64,000 nucleotides of DNA, taken from positions 1 through 64,000 of the IMG/VR virus record IMGVR_UViG_3300017971_000277; one strand, given 5' to 3'. This document shows positions 35,245 through 44,789 of the stretch, piece by piece (positions within the stretch are counted from its first letter, which is position 1; every line of letters starts with the position of its first letter). A model generated the notes under the pieces. That model was given only the letters and a program-made list of their open reading frames with translations, did no database searches and was not told where the DNA came from. The position numbers and the translations under genes are program-made. This DNA is from a virus.

Positions 35245-38200
35245 TAGCGCGGTGCTCCACCAGTGCGAGAGTTCAGCGACCGGACGAGAAGGTTGCGCTG
35301 ACCGACGAGAATCTCACGCACCGTTTGCGCGATGACTTGGTCTTGGATCTGGAACTCGTCTCCGATGTTCTTGAGGTTTCGGGCGAGAAGCTGCTGAAGC
35401 TCGGTGAGTCCCTTGGTGACCTTCTTCTGTCGGTTGACGACCTCACTTCCGGTATCGTCCAACTCCTTGCGCTGCGCCGCGATTTCCTTCGTGATGGAGT
35501 CTCCGATTCCGGTGTCGGTCGGTAGAGCGTCGATTGCGCCAAATCGTTCCGCAGCCGTCGTCGCCCCAGCCCTCCGCTTGCGAACAGCCTCGAGTGCCTT
35601 CTCCTCGAGAGAAAGCTCCTCACGCTTGAGCCGGTTGAGTTCCTTCTGGTCCTCGACCAACTGTTGAACAGCCGCTCGCTGCTTGTCGGCTAGCGTCGAG
35701 AAGGACTCCTCGATCTGACGTACCTCGTCGTTCAGCGCCTTCTGGCTGCGCTGGCTCTCACGGATCTTCTTCTCGAGTTCCTCTTCCTGCGCGTTGAGCT
35801 TGGCGCGATCCTCTGCCTCGAGACGGGAGATCTCTCGGCGAGCGGTCTGTTGATCCACACCAGCCTCGAAAAGCTCGTTGAGTCGCCGCTGCCGCTCGAG
35901 GCGCTGATCACGCTCTTGTGTGCGTCGGCCCCCAGTGCGGAACGCCTCAAGCTGCTCACGCAGACCACGAAGCTCGTTTCGACTCTGCACGATTCGATCG
36001 CGCAGGGTGAAGGCGAAGGCTCGCTCAAGCTGCTGAATCTGCTGAGGACTGGATGCACGCTCGAGCGTCTGCCGGAACTGCTCAACCGTCTGCGTCAGAT
36101 CAGAGAATCCGGGAATTGCCACGTCTCGCGTGCTTCGGCGGATGAGGTCGATCCGACGAGAGAACACGTCGATGTCGTTCGAGAGAGCCGTCCCGAGCCC
36201 GCGCTCAGAAAGCTCTGCACGGAACTGGCGGAGGAAGTTCTGAACCTCGAGCCCTTGCTGGCGAGCTTGGCGGATCGAGCGGTTCAGCCCCTCGAAACTG
36301 CGGTCTGGGGTTTCGTCCTCAAGTTCACCCGCGGCGCGGATCTTGCGGACCCGGTTCAGAATCCGCTGTTCTTCCTGTTCGATGCGACGGAAGTCTTCCT
36401 CGATCCTCTTCCGCGTCTGGTCGGCAAGCTGAGCACGCCGGTTCTCGATCTCGGTGAAGGACTCCTCCTGTAGACGCTGTGCCTCCTCAAGTGCGTTGCG
36501 GAGCTTCCGAAGCTGCGGATCAGAAACGCCAAGAGCAGCAGCGAGAGCCGAATCCCCTTCTGCACGATCCTGAAGCTGTAGCTCTCGCTTTCTGATCTGG
36601 TTGTCCAAACGTGCGATGGCGATCTGAAGACCGTTGACGGAGCGGATCGACTCCTCTCGTGCCTTAGCAAGCTGCTCGTTCAACTTGATGAGACGAGGGC
36701 TCACACCAGCAGCTTGAAGCTCTTGCGTCTCGATAAGCGCTTGAAGCTCTTGCCGCTGTCGCGAAAGCCGCTGATTGACGATGTCGATGGAGAGTGCTTC
36801 TGCGTCAAGGATCGCTTCCCGCTGTCGCGTTCCCTCGCTGACGATGTTGGTCGCCTGCTCTTCAATACGCTCAAGCGTGCGAACCCGCTCCCGCCGAGCA
36901 TTGCTGAGAGCCTTCTCGCGCTTATCGAGATCCTCGATGGCGAGCGCCTGACGCTGCTTCGACTGGAACGTTGCCTCCGCTTCCGCCTCCTGCGCCTCAC
37001 GGAAGGTGTTTGCGGCATCTCGAAGCTCGGAGTCCGTCTTGACTGCTTCAGTTCGAAGCGCTTGCTGCTGCTGGGTGAAGTCCAGAAGGATCCGCGCGTT
37101 CGTGTTCTTGAACAGGTTGCGTCGTTGGGTCTGGAGCTTCTTCGTCTCGTTGATCGCAAGGTTGGCAGCCTGCTGAAGAACCTTGAGTTCAGCATCAACC
37201 TGCTGCGCGTCAGCGAAAAGCTGGGCACGCTCCGCGCCCTCAAGAGCCTCTCGAGCTTCAATCGCCGCACGAGCAGCACCGCGAAGCAGAGGCTCAGCCT
37301 CCAAAAGCTCCTTGTTTTGACGGGCGAAGACTTCAGCGCCCTGCTCAACAGCCGTATTCAACTGAGATTGCACCGCTCGCTGCGCCTCGAGAACTCTGTT
37401 GCTCTTGATGCTAAGCACCAACCCATCACGCTTGACGCGGTCGGTGAGTTCTAGATTTCGAGCCTCGCGTTCGCGCAGGTTGAGCGTCTGCTCAAGTTCG
37501 TTACGAAACGTCTGCTCGGCAGCAGCAAGCTGCGTCTGGAGTTCCTGAACGTCACCCTGAGAGGTTTGCAGAGCACGGGGAAGCTGCACACCGAAGAACG
37601 CCTCAAGCTCAGCGATGCTTCCGGTTTCGCGAATTGCCTCAAGCTCCTTGCGGAACTGCGGAAAGCGAAGCGCAAGTCTCTGAACGAAGGAGTCGAAGCG
37701 AGCAGCGTCCTCGCTAAGCGTCTCGAACGCAGTCTCGCCGCCAAGATCCTGTAGGTCCCTGCGGGTGTCGAACACGCTTTGCGAGAACTCACGCTGGGTG
37801 CTCTTGAGTTCGTTGAGTTCCTTGCGGTAGTTCTCCGCCTCGATCGTGGCGTCAACGAACGCAGTCGCGGCCAGAGCACCAAGACCAACAACCGCAGCAC
37901 TCAGAAGACCGATCGGACCAGTCAGTGCGGTCAGCGCCCCAAACGCCACGGTCAGGAGCTTGACGCTCCCTGCGGCTGCGCCAAGACCTACGACAGCCGT
38001 TCCGAACGTAATGATGTTCGCCACGGCTCGAGGAGTGATGAACGCGCCTCCGCTGGGGAAAGCCTTCAGGAAGTCACTGACCGCGGAGACACCTTCGCGG
38101 AGAACCGGAAGGAACTGGTTGCCGACCGCGACCGTCGCCTCCTCAGTGAGTCGGGGCAGCGAGGAGATCTGCTTACCGACATCCTGAAGGGCAGCCTCGT

Positions 38201-38882
38201 AGGTGCCTGCGATCAGCCGACCCTTGTCAAGCACTTCGTTCAGGACAAGCTGCCGCTTCTCGAATGCGGTCAGGCTCTTCGTCGTGCGTCCCGTCTCCTG
38301 AGCAAAGCGTGCATAGACGTTGTTCAGGTTGATGACGATGCCCAGGTTGCGGAGGAGCCGAACGTCGTTTCGCTGGATCGCGAGAACGAGGCGCTCGAAA
38401 GCCTGCGAGGAGTTGACACCCGCGATGACCGCAGCGTCCTGAGCGACGCGGGTAAGCTCCGCGGCGCGGCTCAGGTCGATGTTCGCCTGGGCAAGCTGGG
38501 TGAGCGACCGACGAGCGGCCTGGGTCGTAATACCCAGTCGCTTGACGTTCCGCTCGAGAACACCAAGCTGGGTTCCGCTCTGCCCAGCAATACGACCGAC
38601 GTTGTTGAGGACAGTCGCCAGATTCTCTACGCGAGCGGCAAGCAGCGCAGCGTCACGACCAAAGGCAGCTAGTCGAGCAGCACCCAGCGCGGCTCCCACA
38701 GCCGCAATAGCTGTGGGAAGCGCACCGATCTGCTGCGTGAGGTTCCGAGTCTCGTTCTCGGTGTCGCTGAGCGTCCGATTGAAGCGGAGGAGGTTCCGCT
38801 GCGTGTTCGAAAGCTCTTGACGAGCACCTCGACCATCGACCCGAATACTCAGGTTGATGCCGCCGATGTTCACGCCGGCCAT
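35244..38882 (-). CDS. tape measure protein
   Basis: 1212-aa Ala/Leu/Gln/Arg-rich helical protein with hydrophobic segments, downstream of the TAC genes. Confidence 0.9.
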   Translation of the reverse strand: MAGVNIGGINLSIRVDGRGARQELSNTQRNLLRFNRTLSDTENETRNLTQQIGALPTAIAAVGAALGAARLAAFGRDAALLAARVENLATVLNNVGRIAGQSGTQLGVLERNVKRLGITTQAARRSLTQLAQANIDLSRAAELTRVAQDAAVIAGVNSSQAFERLVLAIQRNDVRLLRNLGIVINLNNVYARFAQETGRTTKSLTAFEKRQLVLNEVLDKGRLIAGTYEAALQDVGKQISSLPRLTEEATVAVGNQFLPVLREGVSAVSDFLKAFPSGGAFITPRAVANIITFGTAVVGLGAAAGSVKLLTVAFGALTALTGPIGLLSAAVVGLGALAATAFVDATIEAENYRKELNELKSTQREFSQSVFDTRRDLQDLGGETAFETLSEDAARFDSFVQRLALRFPQFRKELEAIRETGSIAELEAFFGVQLPRALQTSQGDVQELQTQLAAAEQTFRNELEQTLNLREREARNLELTDRVKRDGLVLSIKSNRVLEAQRAVQSQLNTAVEQGAEVFARQNKELLEAEPLLRGAARAAIEAREALEGAERAQLFADAQQVDAELKVLQQAANLAINETKKLQTQRRNLFKNTNARILLDFTQQQQALRTEAVKTDSELRDAANTFREAQEAEAEATFQSKQRQALAIEDLDKREKALSNARRERVRTLERIEEQATNIVSEGTRQREAILDAEALSIDIVNQRLSRQRQELQALIETQELQAAGVSPRLIKLNEQLAKAREESIRSVNGLQIAIARLDNQIRKRELQLQDRAEGDSALAAALGVSDPQLRKLRNALEEAQRLQEESFTEIENRRAQLADQTRKRIEEDFRRIEQEEQRILNRVRKIRAAGELEDETPDRSFEGLNRSIRQARQQGLEVQNFLRQFRAELSERGLGTALSNDIDVFSRRIDLIRRSTRDVAIPGFSDLTQTVEQFRQTLERASSPQQIQQLERAFAFTLRDRIVQSRNELRGLREQLEAFRTGGRRTQERDQRLERQRRLNELFEAGVDQQTARREISRLEAEDRAKLNAQEEELEKKIRESQRSQKALNDEVRQIEESFSTLADKQRAAVQQLVEDQKELNRLKREELSLEEKALEAVRKRRAGATTAAERFGAIDALPTDTGIGDSITKEIAAQRKELDDTGSEVVNRQKKVTKGLTELQQLLARNLKNIGDEFQIQDQVIAQTVREILVGQRNLLVRSLNSRTGGAPR

Positions 38883-39205
38883 TAGATGAAGCCTCTACCA
38901 GTCCGGTTGACGTGTCGCATGTATTCCTCTCCGGTCATCTTAGCGAAAGGCTTCTTCTGCGACTTCTTCGGCTTAGGTTCGGCTTGCTTTCTTGGCTGAT
39001 CGCCTTGGAGCCAGGCTTGATACCTGCGGAAACCCACGGAGAGGAGGAGGATTTGTCCTTCCGTGTGTCTCGAGATCAGGTCATCGAAGCTGGTCCCAAA
39101 GCGCTCAGTTAGAACAGCCCAGCGAGCGTGCTCCTCAAGCGGACGGACCTGATCTCTGCTTGCCGCATGAGCGTCACCAACATGCGCAAGCCGGTTAGCA
39201 AAAAA
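38882..39205 (-). CDS. tail assembly chaperone frameshift extension (gpGT-like)
   Basis: The -1 frame is open from slippery T TTT TTG (39205-39199) to the TAA overlapping the tape measure ATG. Confidence 0.7.
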   Translation of the reverse strand, partial: FFANRLAHVGDAHAASRDQVRPLEEHARWAVLTERFGTSFDDLISRHTEGQILLLSVGFRRYQAWLQGDQPRKQAEPKPKKSQKKPFAKMTGEEYMRHVNRTGRGFI

Positions 39206-39657
39206 TCGTTGTCTGCCTGGAGCGTCGTCTGGCGCACAACGAGATCCTGCACCTCGCCGAGAGTGATCTCCTCCTCCTCGAGAGCCGCCTTCACGTCCTC
39301 CCACTGGTAGTAGGTGACCAGCACGTCGGCGATGTCGAAGAGCACCTTCAGGATGTGCTCCTCGTTCACGTCTTCGGCGTCGGCCTTCTTCGCGATCTGG
39401 TCTTGGATCGCGCGCCCAACCTGATCTTGGAAGGGCTTGACGAGAGCGTGGATCTGCTTCGACCACTTGATCGGAAGTGGGCGGAGCTTCCGCGGCTTGT
39501 CGAGGATGACGATCTCACGAACGTCGGTGTCCGGGAACAGAACCTTGGAGAGTGCGGCTCGCTCGTCTTCAGCAAGCCGCACGATCTCCTCAGCGGTCGT
39601 GTCCCGAAGGCTCTCCGCAACCGAAGCTGCGGCAGAGCCCTGAAGATCATCGGTCAT
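39109..39657 (-). CDS. tail assembly chaperone (gpG-like)
   Basis: 182 aa between tail tube and tape measure; AGGAGG SD. Confidence 0.8.
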   Translation of the reverse strand: MTDDLQGSAAASVAESLRDTTAEEIVRLAEDERAALSKVLFPDTDVREIVILDKPRKLRPLPIKWSKQIHALVKPFQDQVGRAIQDQIAKKADAEDVNEEHILKVLFDIADVLVTYYQWEDVKAALEEEEITLGEVQDLVVRQTTLQADNDFLLTGLRMLVTLMRQAEIRSVRLRSTLAGLF

Positions 39658-39707
39658 GTTTCTCCTCCTAGTGCTTAGGTCAGAGGTGTTGTGCTAGCCC
39701 GTTAGGA

Positions 39708-40568
39708 CTAGCAGTCGCCGAGCGTCGGGAAGTAAACGCGACGAGCGATGACGAGTTGGTTCTTGCCACCAGCGCCGGGAATGTCGTCTCGGCTGACGCC
39801 GAAAGCGTTGAAGTTCAGCGGGATCCGCTCATTCTCGGTCGGACGAATCTCCTCGGTGAACTCGTCGCCGGGGGTCACCTTGAAGAACTGGTGGATCACC
39901 TGGCTGCCGTCGATGAAGTCGGTCACGCCGAGCAGCATCGATTCACGGATTTCGTTGGTGCCGACGAAAGCCTCCACGAAGTCGTAGATGCCGACGAAGT
40001 CGCCAGCAGCGATCGTGTTGAGGGGGGTGATCGCGAAGGCGACGGTCAGACCGTCGTCCGTGATCGACCCGATCCGCGTCTCGACCGTGTCCGGGTTGTC
40101 GAAGTCCGCGACCGCGGTAGCGATGGCGATCTGGCGACCGACCGCGAGCGACTGGAGGTCGGTCGTGTTCGCGAAGGTGACGACGTTCTGGTTCGTCACG
40201 CTGGCGATGGTCGCGACCGCAGTCGTGCTCGAGACGTTGCTGTAGTTGCCGAAGGCGAACTGCACCTTGCGCCACGAGTTCGAGTGCAGACTGAGTTCGA
40301 AGGTGCCCTCGAGCCCGATCACAGCCTCGAACTGTCGAACCGCAGGCAGGCCGGCATCGAGTTGGAACTTGGTCCGGGTGACCGCGAAAGAGGGGGTGTC
40401 CTCTACCACGGCTCCAAGATCGAAGAAGCCTGCGGGCAGGCTACCCAGGTCGATACGACCCTGAGTCTCCGGCTCCCAGGTGGCGGGAAGGTCAGCGATC
40501 AGAAGCCGCTGGATACCCAGCGAGACTTCGACCTCGTTGATTTGGTTCGTGAAAGTCTTATCGGCCAT
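39708..40568 (-). CDS. major tail (tube) protein
   Basis: 286 aa between tail terminator and TAC; FFDLGAV tube-like motif. Confidence 0.75.
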   Translation of the reverse strand: MADKTFTNQINEVEVSLGIQRLLIADLPATWEPETQGRIDLGSLPAGFFDLGAVVEDTPSFAVTRTKFQLDAGLPAVRQFEAVIGLEGTFELSLHSNSWRKVQFAFGNYSNVSSTTAVATIASVTNQNVVTFANTTDLQSLAVGRQIAIATAVADFDNPDTVETRIGSITDDGLTVAFAITPLNTIAAGDFVGIYDFVEAFVGTNEIRESMLLGVTDFIDGSQVIHQFFKVTPGDEFTEEIRPTENERIPLNFNAFGVSRDDIPGAGGKNQLVIARRVYFPTLGDC

Positions 40569-40580
40569 CGCGCAATCCTC

Positions 40581-40970
40581 CTAGCGCTGGGTCGTCGTGA
40601 CGATCACGTAGTTGAGCGGGTAGTTAACCCGTCCCGCGTCGTCCTTGAAGTAGGTTCCTGGCTCAGCAGTTGCCGTGATTCGTCCAGGCCACTTGGGCAG
40701 GACGTTCCACTTGTTGTCCAGCAGATTATTGATTTCCACCGCTTTTGCCAAGCCCGCCTCGGCATTCACGTTGCGGACGACGACCTGAAACGCCGGTCGT
40801 CGGGTCGGATCGTCTGGGAAGGAGACGCCGCCTGTATGCACGACGACGACCCCATTCTCCGATTCGACCGGAAGTGCTTGGATCCAAAGGTCTTCGCCAA
40901 GCACACCTACGCTATTGGCAGCCAGATAGGCTGCCAATAGCTCGAGCAGTAGGTTGCTGTCTTTGGGCAC
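40581..40970 (-). CDS. tail terminator / minor capsid-family protein
   Basis: LAAYLAANSVG, PAFQVVVR, DDAGR..Y.LNY pattern. Confidence 0.75.
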   Translation of the reverse strand: MPKDSNLLLELLAAYLAANSVGVLGEDLWIQALPVESENGVVVVHTGGVSFPDDPTRRPAFQVVVRNVNAEAGLAKAVEINNLLDNKWNVLPKWPGRITATAEPGTYFKDDAGRVNYPLNYVIVTTTQR

Positions 40971-40972
40971 TA

Positions 40973-41083
40973 CTAGCGCTTCTTGCGGATCTTCAAGCGC
41001 TTGTTGCGCTTACGGCTGAAGGACTTGTTGCGATTGCCGATTCGCTTGGCTTTACGGCCCACGCCTTTGGGGAGCTTCGTCAC
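40973..41083 (-). CDS. 36-aa Lys/Arg-rich peptide (MTKLPKGVGRKAKRIGNRNKSFSRKRNKRLKIRKKR)
   Basis: Hand translation; GGAGG SD before GTG; fills the gap. Confidence 0.65.
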   Translation of the reverse strand: MTKLPKGVGRKAKRIGNRNKSFSRKRNKRLKIRKKR

Positions 41084-41237
41084 CTTGATCCTCCAGCTTG
41101 ATGGATTCGGTCTTCACCACCCGCAGGATGTTTCCCGCTTGGATGTCCACCTCCACCTTCCCGAAGAACTGCCGCTCCTGCAAGGTGCGAATGAAGTCTA
41201 CTAGCCTTTCCCGCTGCTTTTCGTGGTCTTGGTTCAC
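41052..41237 (-). CDS. small DUF2292/YezD-like protein
   Basis: FFGKVEVDIQAGNILRVVKTESIKL; GTGA-coupled start at 41237. Confidence 0.6.
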   Translation of the reverse strand: MNQDHEKQRERLVDFIRTLQERQFFGKVEVDIQAGNILRVVKTESIKLEDQGDEAPQRRGP

Positions 41238-44200
41238 CGCAGCCTGCCCGTCTTCGTGTGAATCGCGTTGGTGCCCATCTCGAGCAGCTTTGCGGCCTCG
41301 GGCGGGTAGGCGGCTTCGATCGGCTTGAACTCCTTGGTCTGCTGCTTGTAGTCGTCCATGCCCTGAGCACCAAGACGCACGAGCATCTGGCCGACCTGAG
41401 TGCCGAAGAAGGCGCGGCACTCGTGACGGTCGAGGAACCATCGGTCGTCAGCTTCGACACCCTTGTTCGCCTGCTTGCCCATGCTGGCGGAGAGCCCGAG
41501 AGCAATCGAGAAGGGAGGACAGGGGCGATCTGCGTAGCAGAGCTTGTTCTCGCTGAGCATCGCCAAAGCCTCCTGATACATCGGAAAGGCAAGCTTGTTG
41601 TAGACGTGCGAGGGGTCTGCCAGGTGCGTCAGGTAGAGCCTGATCGCTGCCTCGAGATGCTTGTGTGCAGGACTTCCTGGGAGAATCCTCTGCTGCTTCT
41701 CCCGCTCCTTGCTCCATTTGGCGACGTTGATGTGGTCGCGCTGGATCAGGACCCAGGTCAACTGCCGACCCGGATACACGTCGTGGTCCCTTTGGAGAAG
41801 AGCCATGTTCCGGTTCGAGCACTTGTCCCTGCGCTGCCGCTCGTGCAGGTAGCCGTAGTGCGCGAGATTCACGTCGGGGATCAGCATCGTCGGGCGGATC
41901 GGGTTGTCGTAGCCGCCCTTCGACGTGTCCTCGCAGTGCTCGTGAATGCAGCCGACGAAGCGGTAGTGCTCACGATTCCGTAGAACGCGAATCGGCATAT
42001 CGAAGGTGCCGTGAACGTCGAGCATGAGGTGGCACTGCTTGATGCCGAAGCCCTCGAGCATGGTCGTGTGGAGGTAGCGACGAAGCTTGGCTGGGTCGGT
42101 CACGATCTCGTCGGTGTCCAGCCAGAAGATCCAGTCCTCCGTCACGCCCTCGATGCTGGCGTTGCGCATCTGCGCAAAATGGTCGAACTCGACCTCGCGG
42201 ATCTCGAGCTTCTCCTGCGGAACGTGCCACTCGAAAAGCTGCCTGGTGTGGTCGCTGGTACGCGTGTCGAACGCGACCACGATCTTGTCGGCGATCGGCT
42301 CGACGTGCTTGAGGCACTTCGCCAGGTAGTCCTCTCCGTCCCGCACGATCATGCAGACAGCAAGGCTCTGGTAGGGGCGAGTGATCTCGACCCTGCGGAC
42401 GGTGTTGAGGGGCTGCGCCTTGAACCCGCCGTTCTCGACACCGAACACGCAAACCCACGAACCCTGGATGTCTCCACCGTCGCTGATGTCCTCCTCCACG
42501 AAGGCGAGGCGCGCAGCGACCTCGGTGCCGACCATCTCGGAGTAGTCCTCTTGGGTCAGGCTCCAGAGACGTGGCGCACCATCCTCAAGCGTCGCCGAAG
42601 TCGCTCCGGTCTTCGACGTGACGACGAGCACCCCATCGTTCTGAGGAATGCGACTGAGCCACTCGAACTCTTCCCACGGTCGGAGGAGGCTCTCCAAGTA
42701 CCCGCCGACGAACACCACATCGGCCTTCTTGTGGTAATCGCCTGGGATCGAGGTCGCGACGTGGACCTGAACACGATCCCCAAGCCCCATCTGCTCGATC
42801 GACCTCGCGTGCAGGCTGACGATCTCCTCGTCGGCGTCGAACATAACGACCTGGGCTTCAGGGAACATCTTGGCTGCCACCAAGCCGAAACCCTCGACCC
42901 CGCTGGCAAAGTCGATGATGTAGTTCGGAGTGCGCTCGAGAGAACGAGCTACGAGTTCGGCTGCGCGCTTGAAGCGAGGCAGCGCGTCTTGAATCATCCT
43001 CGTGATGTTCTCGGGGTCGATCGGGTCCTGCCTGGTGACCTCGGCGAGTTCCTCTTCGGCACGAGCGAGCAGCCCATGACCCGGAACGCTCTTGGCGGAG
43101 TCCACCGCGGTCATCACGTTGCCGGAGCGCAGAAGCTCCGAAACGATCTCGGTGGGCTTGGTCGCGACACGGTGAGCGAGCTTCTCCCGGAAGTGAGCCG
43201 TCCAGTTCTCCGCGACTGCATCCCAGGTGTAGCCACGCTGCATGATCCACTGGGGACCATCGTCCTGCATGGACTTCGCGATGTCTGGGTTGGAGAGCAG
43301 GAAGTCCAGCCTGCGCACGAACTTTGCCGTGTACTCCTCCGTCCCCGGCTTGCCGCGGATTAGGAACCCGTTGACGCTGTTCCCGACCGTCTCCCGCAGA
43401 GCGAAGTCATCAGTCGTGATGATCGGCGTCTTGCAGGCGGCAGCCTCCATAGCCGTGATGCAGGAGATCTCAGGGAAGTCGGTCGGGTAGAGGAGCGCTT
43501 GTGCTTTGGACATCTCCTCGTAGAGCCGGTCCTTCGTGAGATGTCCGACGTTCACGACCGAGTCGCCGAAGCGCTGGGTGAGTTCCTTGCACATCGCGTT
43601 GATCTGCGTGACGTGCTCTGGAACCTGCATCCCTCCCAGGCTGTAGTTGCAGTAGTGCAAGGTCGCCTGCGGATACTTCTCGAGCACCTTCGGCCAGATG
43701 TCGCGCAGAAGCCAGTGCAGTCCGCGCTCCGGTCGGCTCGAGTAGAAGAACCGCAACGGCACCTTCTCCTGCCGGTGCTTCTCGATCAGGTCGAGGTCGA
43801 TGCCGTTGCTCGTCTTCCACATGAACTGCCGGAACTCGGCGATCTTGTTCTCCTTCTCGTCTTTCTCGTTCGTCCCGACCGTGTAGTTGTCGATGTGGAA
43901 GTCGGAGAGGAGGAAGATCTCGTCCGTCTGGTAGAGGTTCCCGCAGAGCCGACCCTTGTCTTGGATCGTGTCGTGCAGCCAGAGCACTCGCCAGGCAGCC
44001 TTGTTCGGCTGCGTGAGGAATTCCGGCCAGCGGCTCGCGATGAACACGTCCCACGCGATCGTGCGGTTCATCGCGGCGAACTTGTCAACCCCGTAGTAGG
44101 AGACACCGTCGAACACACCCTCCTCTTCGCAGTTGCAGAACACCATGACCCGGTGCCCAAGCTTGGCGAGCGATCGAGCAACAGAGATCGCAGCAGTCTC

Positions 44201-44287
44201 GGAACCTCCGAGTCCGCGCTTCTCAAGAGTGTTGCCGGTGAAGGGAAGGCCGAGCGTAGCCAGGCCAATCGTCAGGGGTCGGTTCAT
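41234..44287 (-). CDS. GT4 glycosyltransferase - SAM methyltransferase - GT2 glycosyltransferase fusion
   Basis: GLGGSE...YSSRPERGL...EISCITAMEA (GT-B); IIDFASG...VMFDAD (class I MTase); CMIVRD...WIFWLDTDE...IHE...HYGY (GT-A). Confidence 0.88.
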   Translation of the reverse strand: MNRPLTIGLATLGLPFTGNTLEKRGLGGSETAAISVARSLAKLGHRVMVFCNCEEEGVFDGVSYYGVDKFAAMNRTIAWDVFIASRWPEFLTQPNKAAWRVLWLHDTIQDKGRLCGNLYQTDEIFLLSDFHIDNYTVGTNEKDEKENKIAEFRQFMWKTSNGIDLDLIEKHRQEKVPLRFFYSSRPERGLHWLLRDIWPKVLEKYPQATLHYCNYSLGGMQVPEHVTQINAMCKELTQRFGDSVVNVGHLTKDRLYEEMSKAQALLYPTDFPEISCITAMEAAACKTPIITTDDFALRETVGNSVNGFLIRGKPGTEEYTAKFVRRLDFLLSNPDIAKSMQDDGPQWIMQRGYTWDAVAENWTAHFREKLAHRVATKPTEIVSELLRSGNVMTAVDSAKSVPGHGLLARAEEELAEVTRQDPIDPENITRMIQDALPRFKRAAELVARSLERTPNYIIDFASGVEGFGLVAAKMFPEAQVVMFDADEEIVSLHARSIEQMGLGDRVQVHVATSIPGDYHKKADVVFVGGYLESLLRPWEEFEWLSRIPQNDGVLVVTSKTGATSATLEDGAPRLWSLTQEDYSEMVGTEVAARLAFVEEDISDGGDIQGSWVCVFGVENGGFKAQPLNTVRRVEITRPYQSLAVCMIVRDGEDYLAKCLKHVEPIADKIVVAFDTRTSDHTRQLFEWHVPQEKLEIREVEFDHFAQMRNASIEGVTEDWIFWLDTDEIVTDPAKLRRYLHTTMLEGFGIKQCHLMLDVHGTFDMPIRVLRNREHYRFVGCIHEHCEDTSKGGYDNPIRPTMLIPDVNLAHYGYLHERQRRDKCSNRNMALLQRDHDVYPGRQLTWVLIQRDHINVAKWSKEREKQQRILPGSPAHKHLEAAIRLYLTHLADPSHVYNKLAFPMYQEALAMLSENKLCYADRPCPPFSIALGLSASMGKQANKGVEADDRWFLDRHECRAFFGTQVGQMLVRLGAQGMDDYKQQTKEFKPIEAAYPPEAAKLLEMGTNAIHTKTGRLR

Positions 44288-44306
44288 AGAAACTCCGTGC
44301 TAGTGC

Positions 44307-44789
44307 TTAGCTGCGGGTTGGCTCGATGGTCCGTGCGGTGATCCTGATTCGTGAGGTCGCCGACACGCCACGCTGAACATACGCTGCGAGTCCGTCACGA
44401 ATCCGATCGACGTTCAAGAAAGCGGCGCGGCGCAAGTAAGCACCACCGACTCCACCTTCTGGAGTAAGAGGCTGGCGAATCGAGACAGGTCCAAGCTGCC
44501 AGGGTCCTGAAGGGGTAAGCAGCGTGTGTTGGGTGAGGGCATACCGCTCACCAGCCACCACGAGGACGGAGTATTCTCCTCCCGCCTGCTCTCGAGGAAG
44601 CTCAGCACGAATCGAGCGGCGCAGAGGTCCGCGGAGGATTGGTGCGTTCTGCTGCGCTCGCTCAGCGACGAAGTTTCCGACAGCCTGGACTCCGGCTAGA
44701 AGCGCTTGATCGAAGTTGGATCCGACATTGTTCAGCCAGCCCTGGAGACGTGGGTCGATCTCCACGTTGATTTCGATGCCAACAGCCAT
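44307..44789 (-). CDS. HK97 gp10-like tail completion/neck protein
   Basis: AQQNAPILRGPLRRSI, YA..QH and YLRRA motifs. Confidence 0.75.
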   Translation of the reverse strand: MAVGIEINVEIDPRLQGWLNNVGSNFDQALLAGVQAVGNFVAERAQQNAPILRGPLRRSIRAELPREQAGGEYSVLVVAGERYALTQHTLLTPSGPWQLGPVSIRQPLTPEGGVGGAYLRRAAFLNVDRIRDGLAAYVQRGVSATSRIRITARTIEPTRS

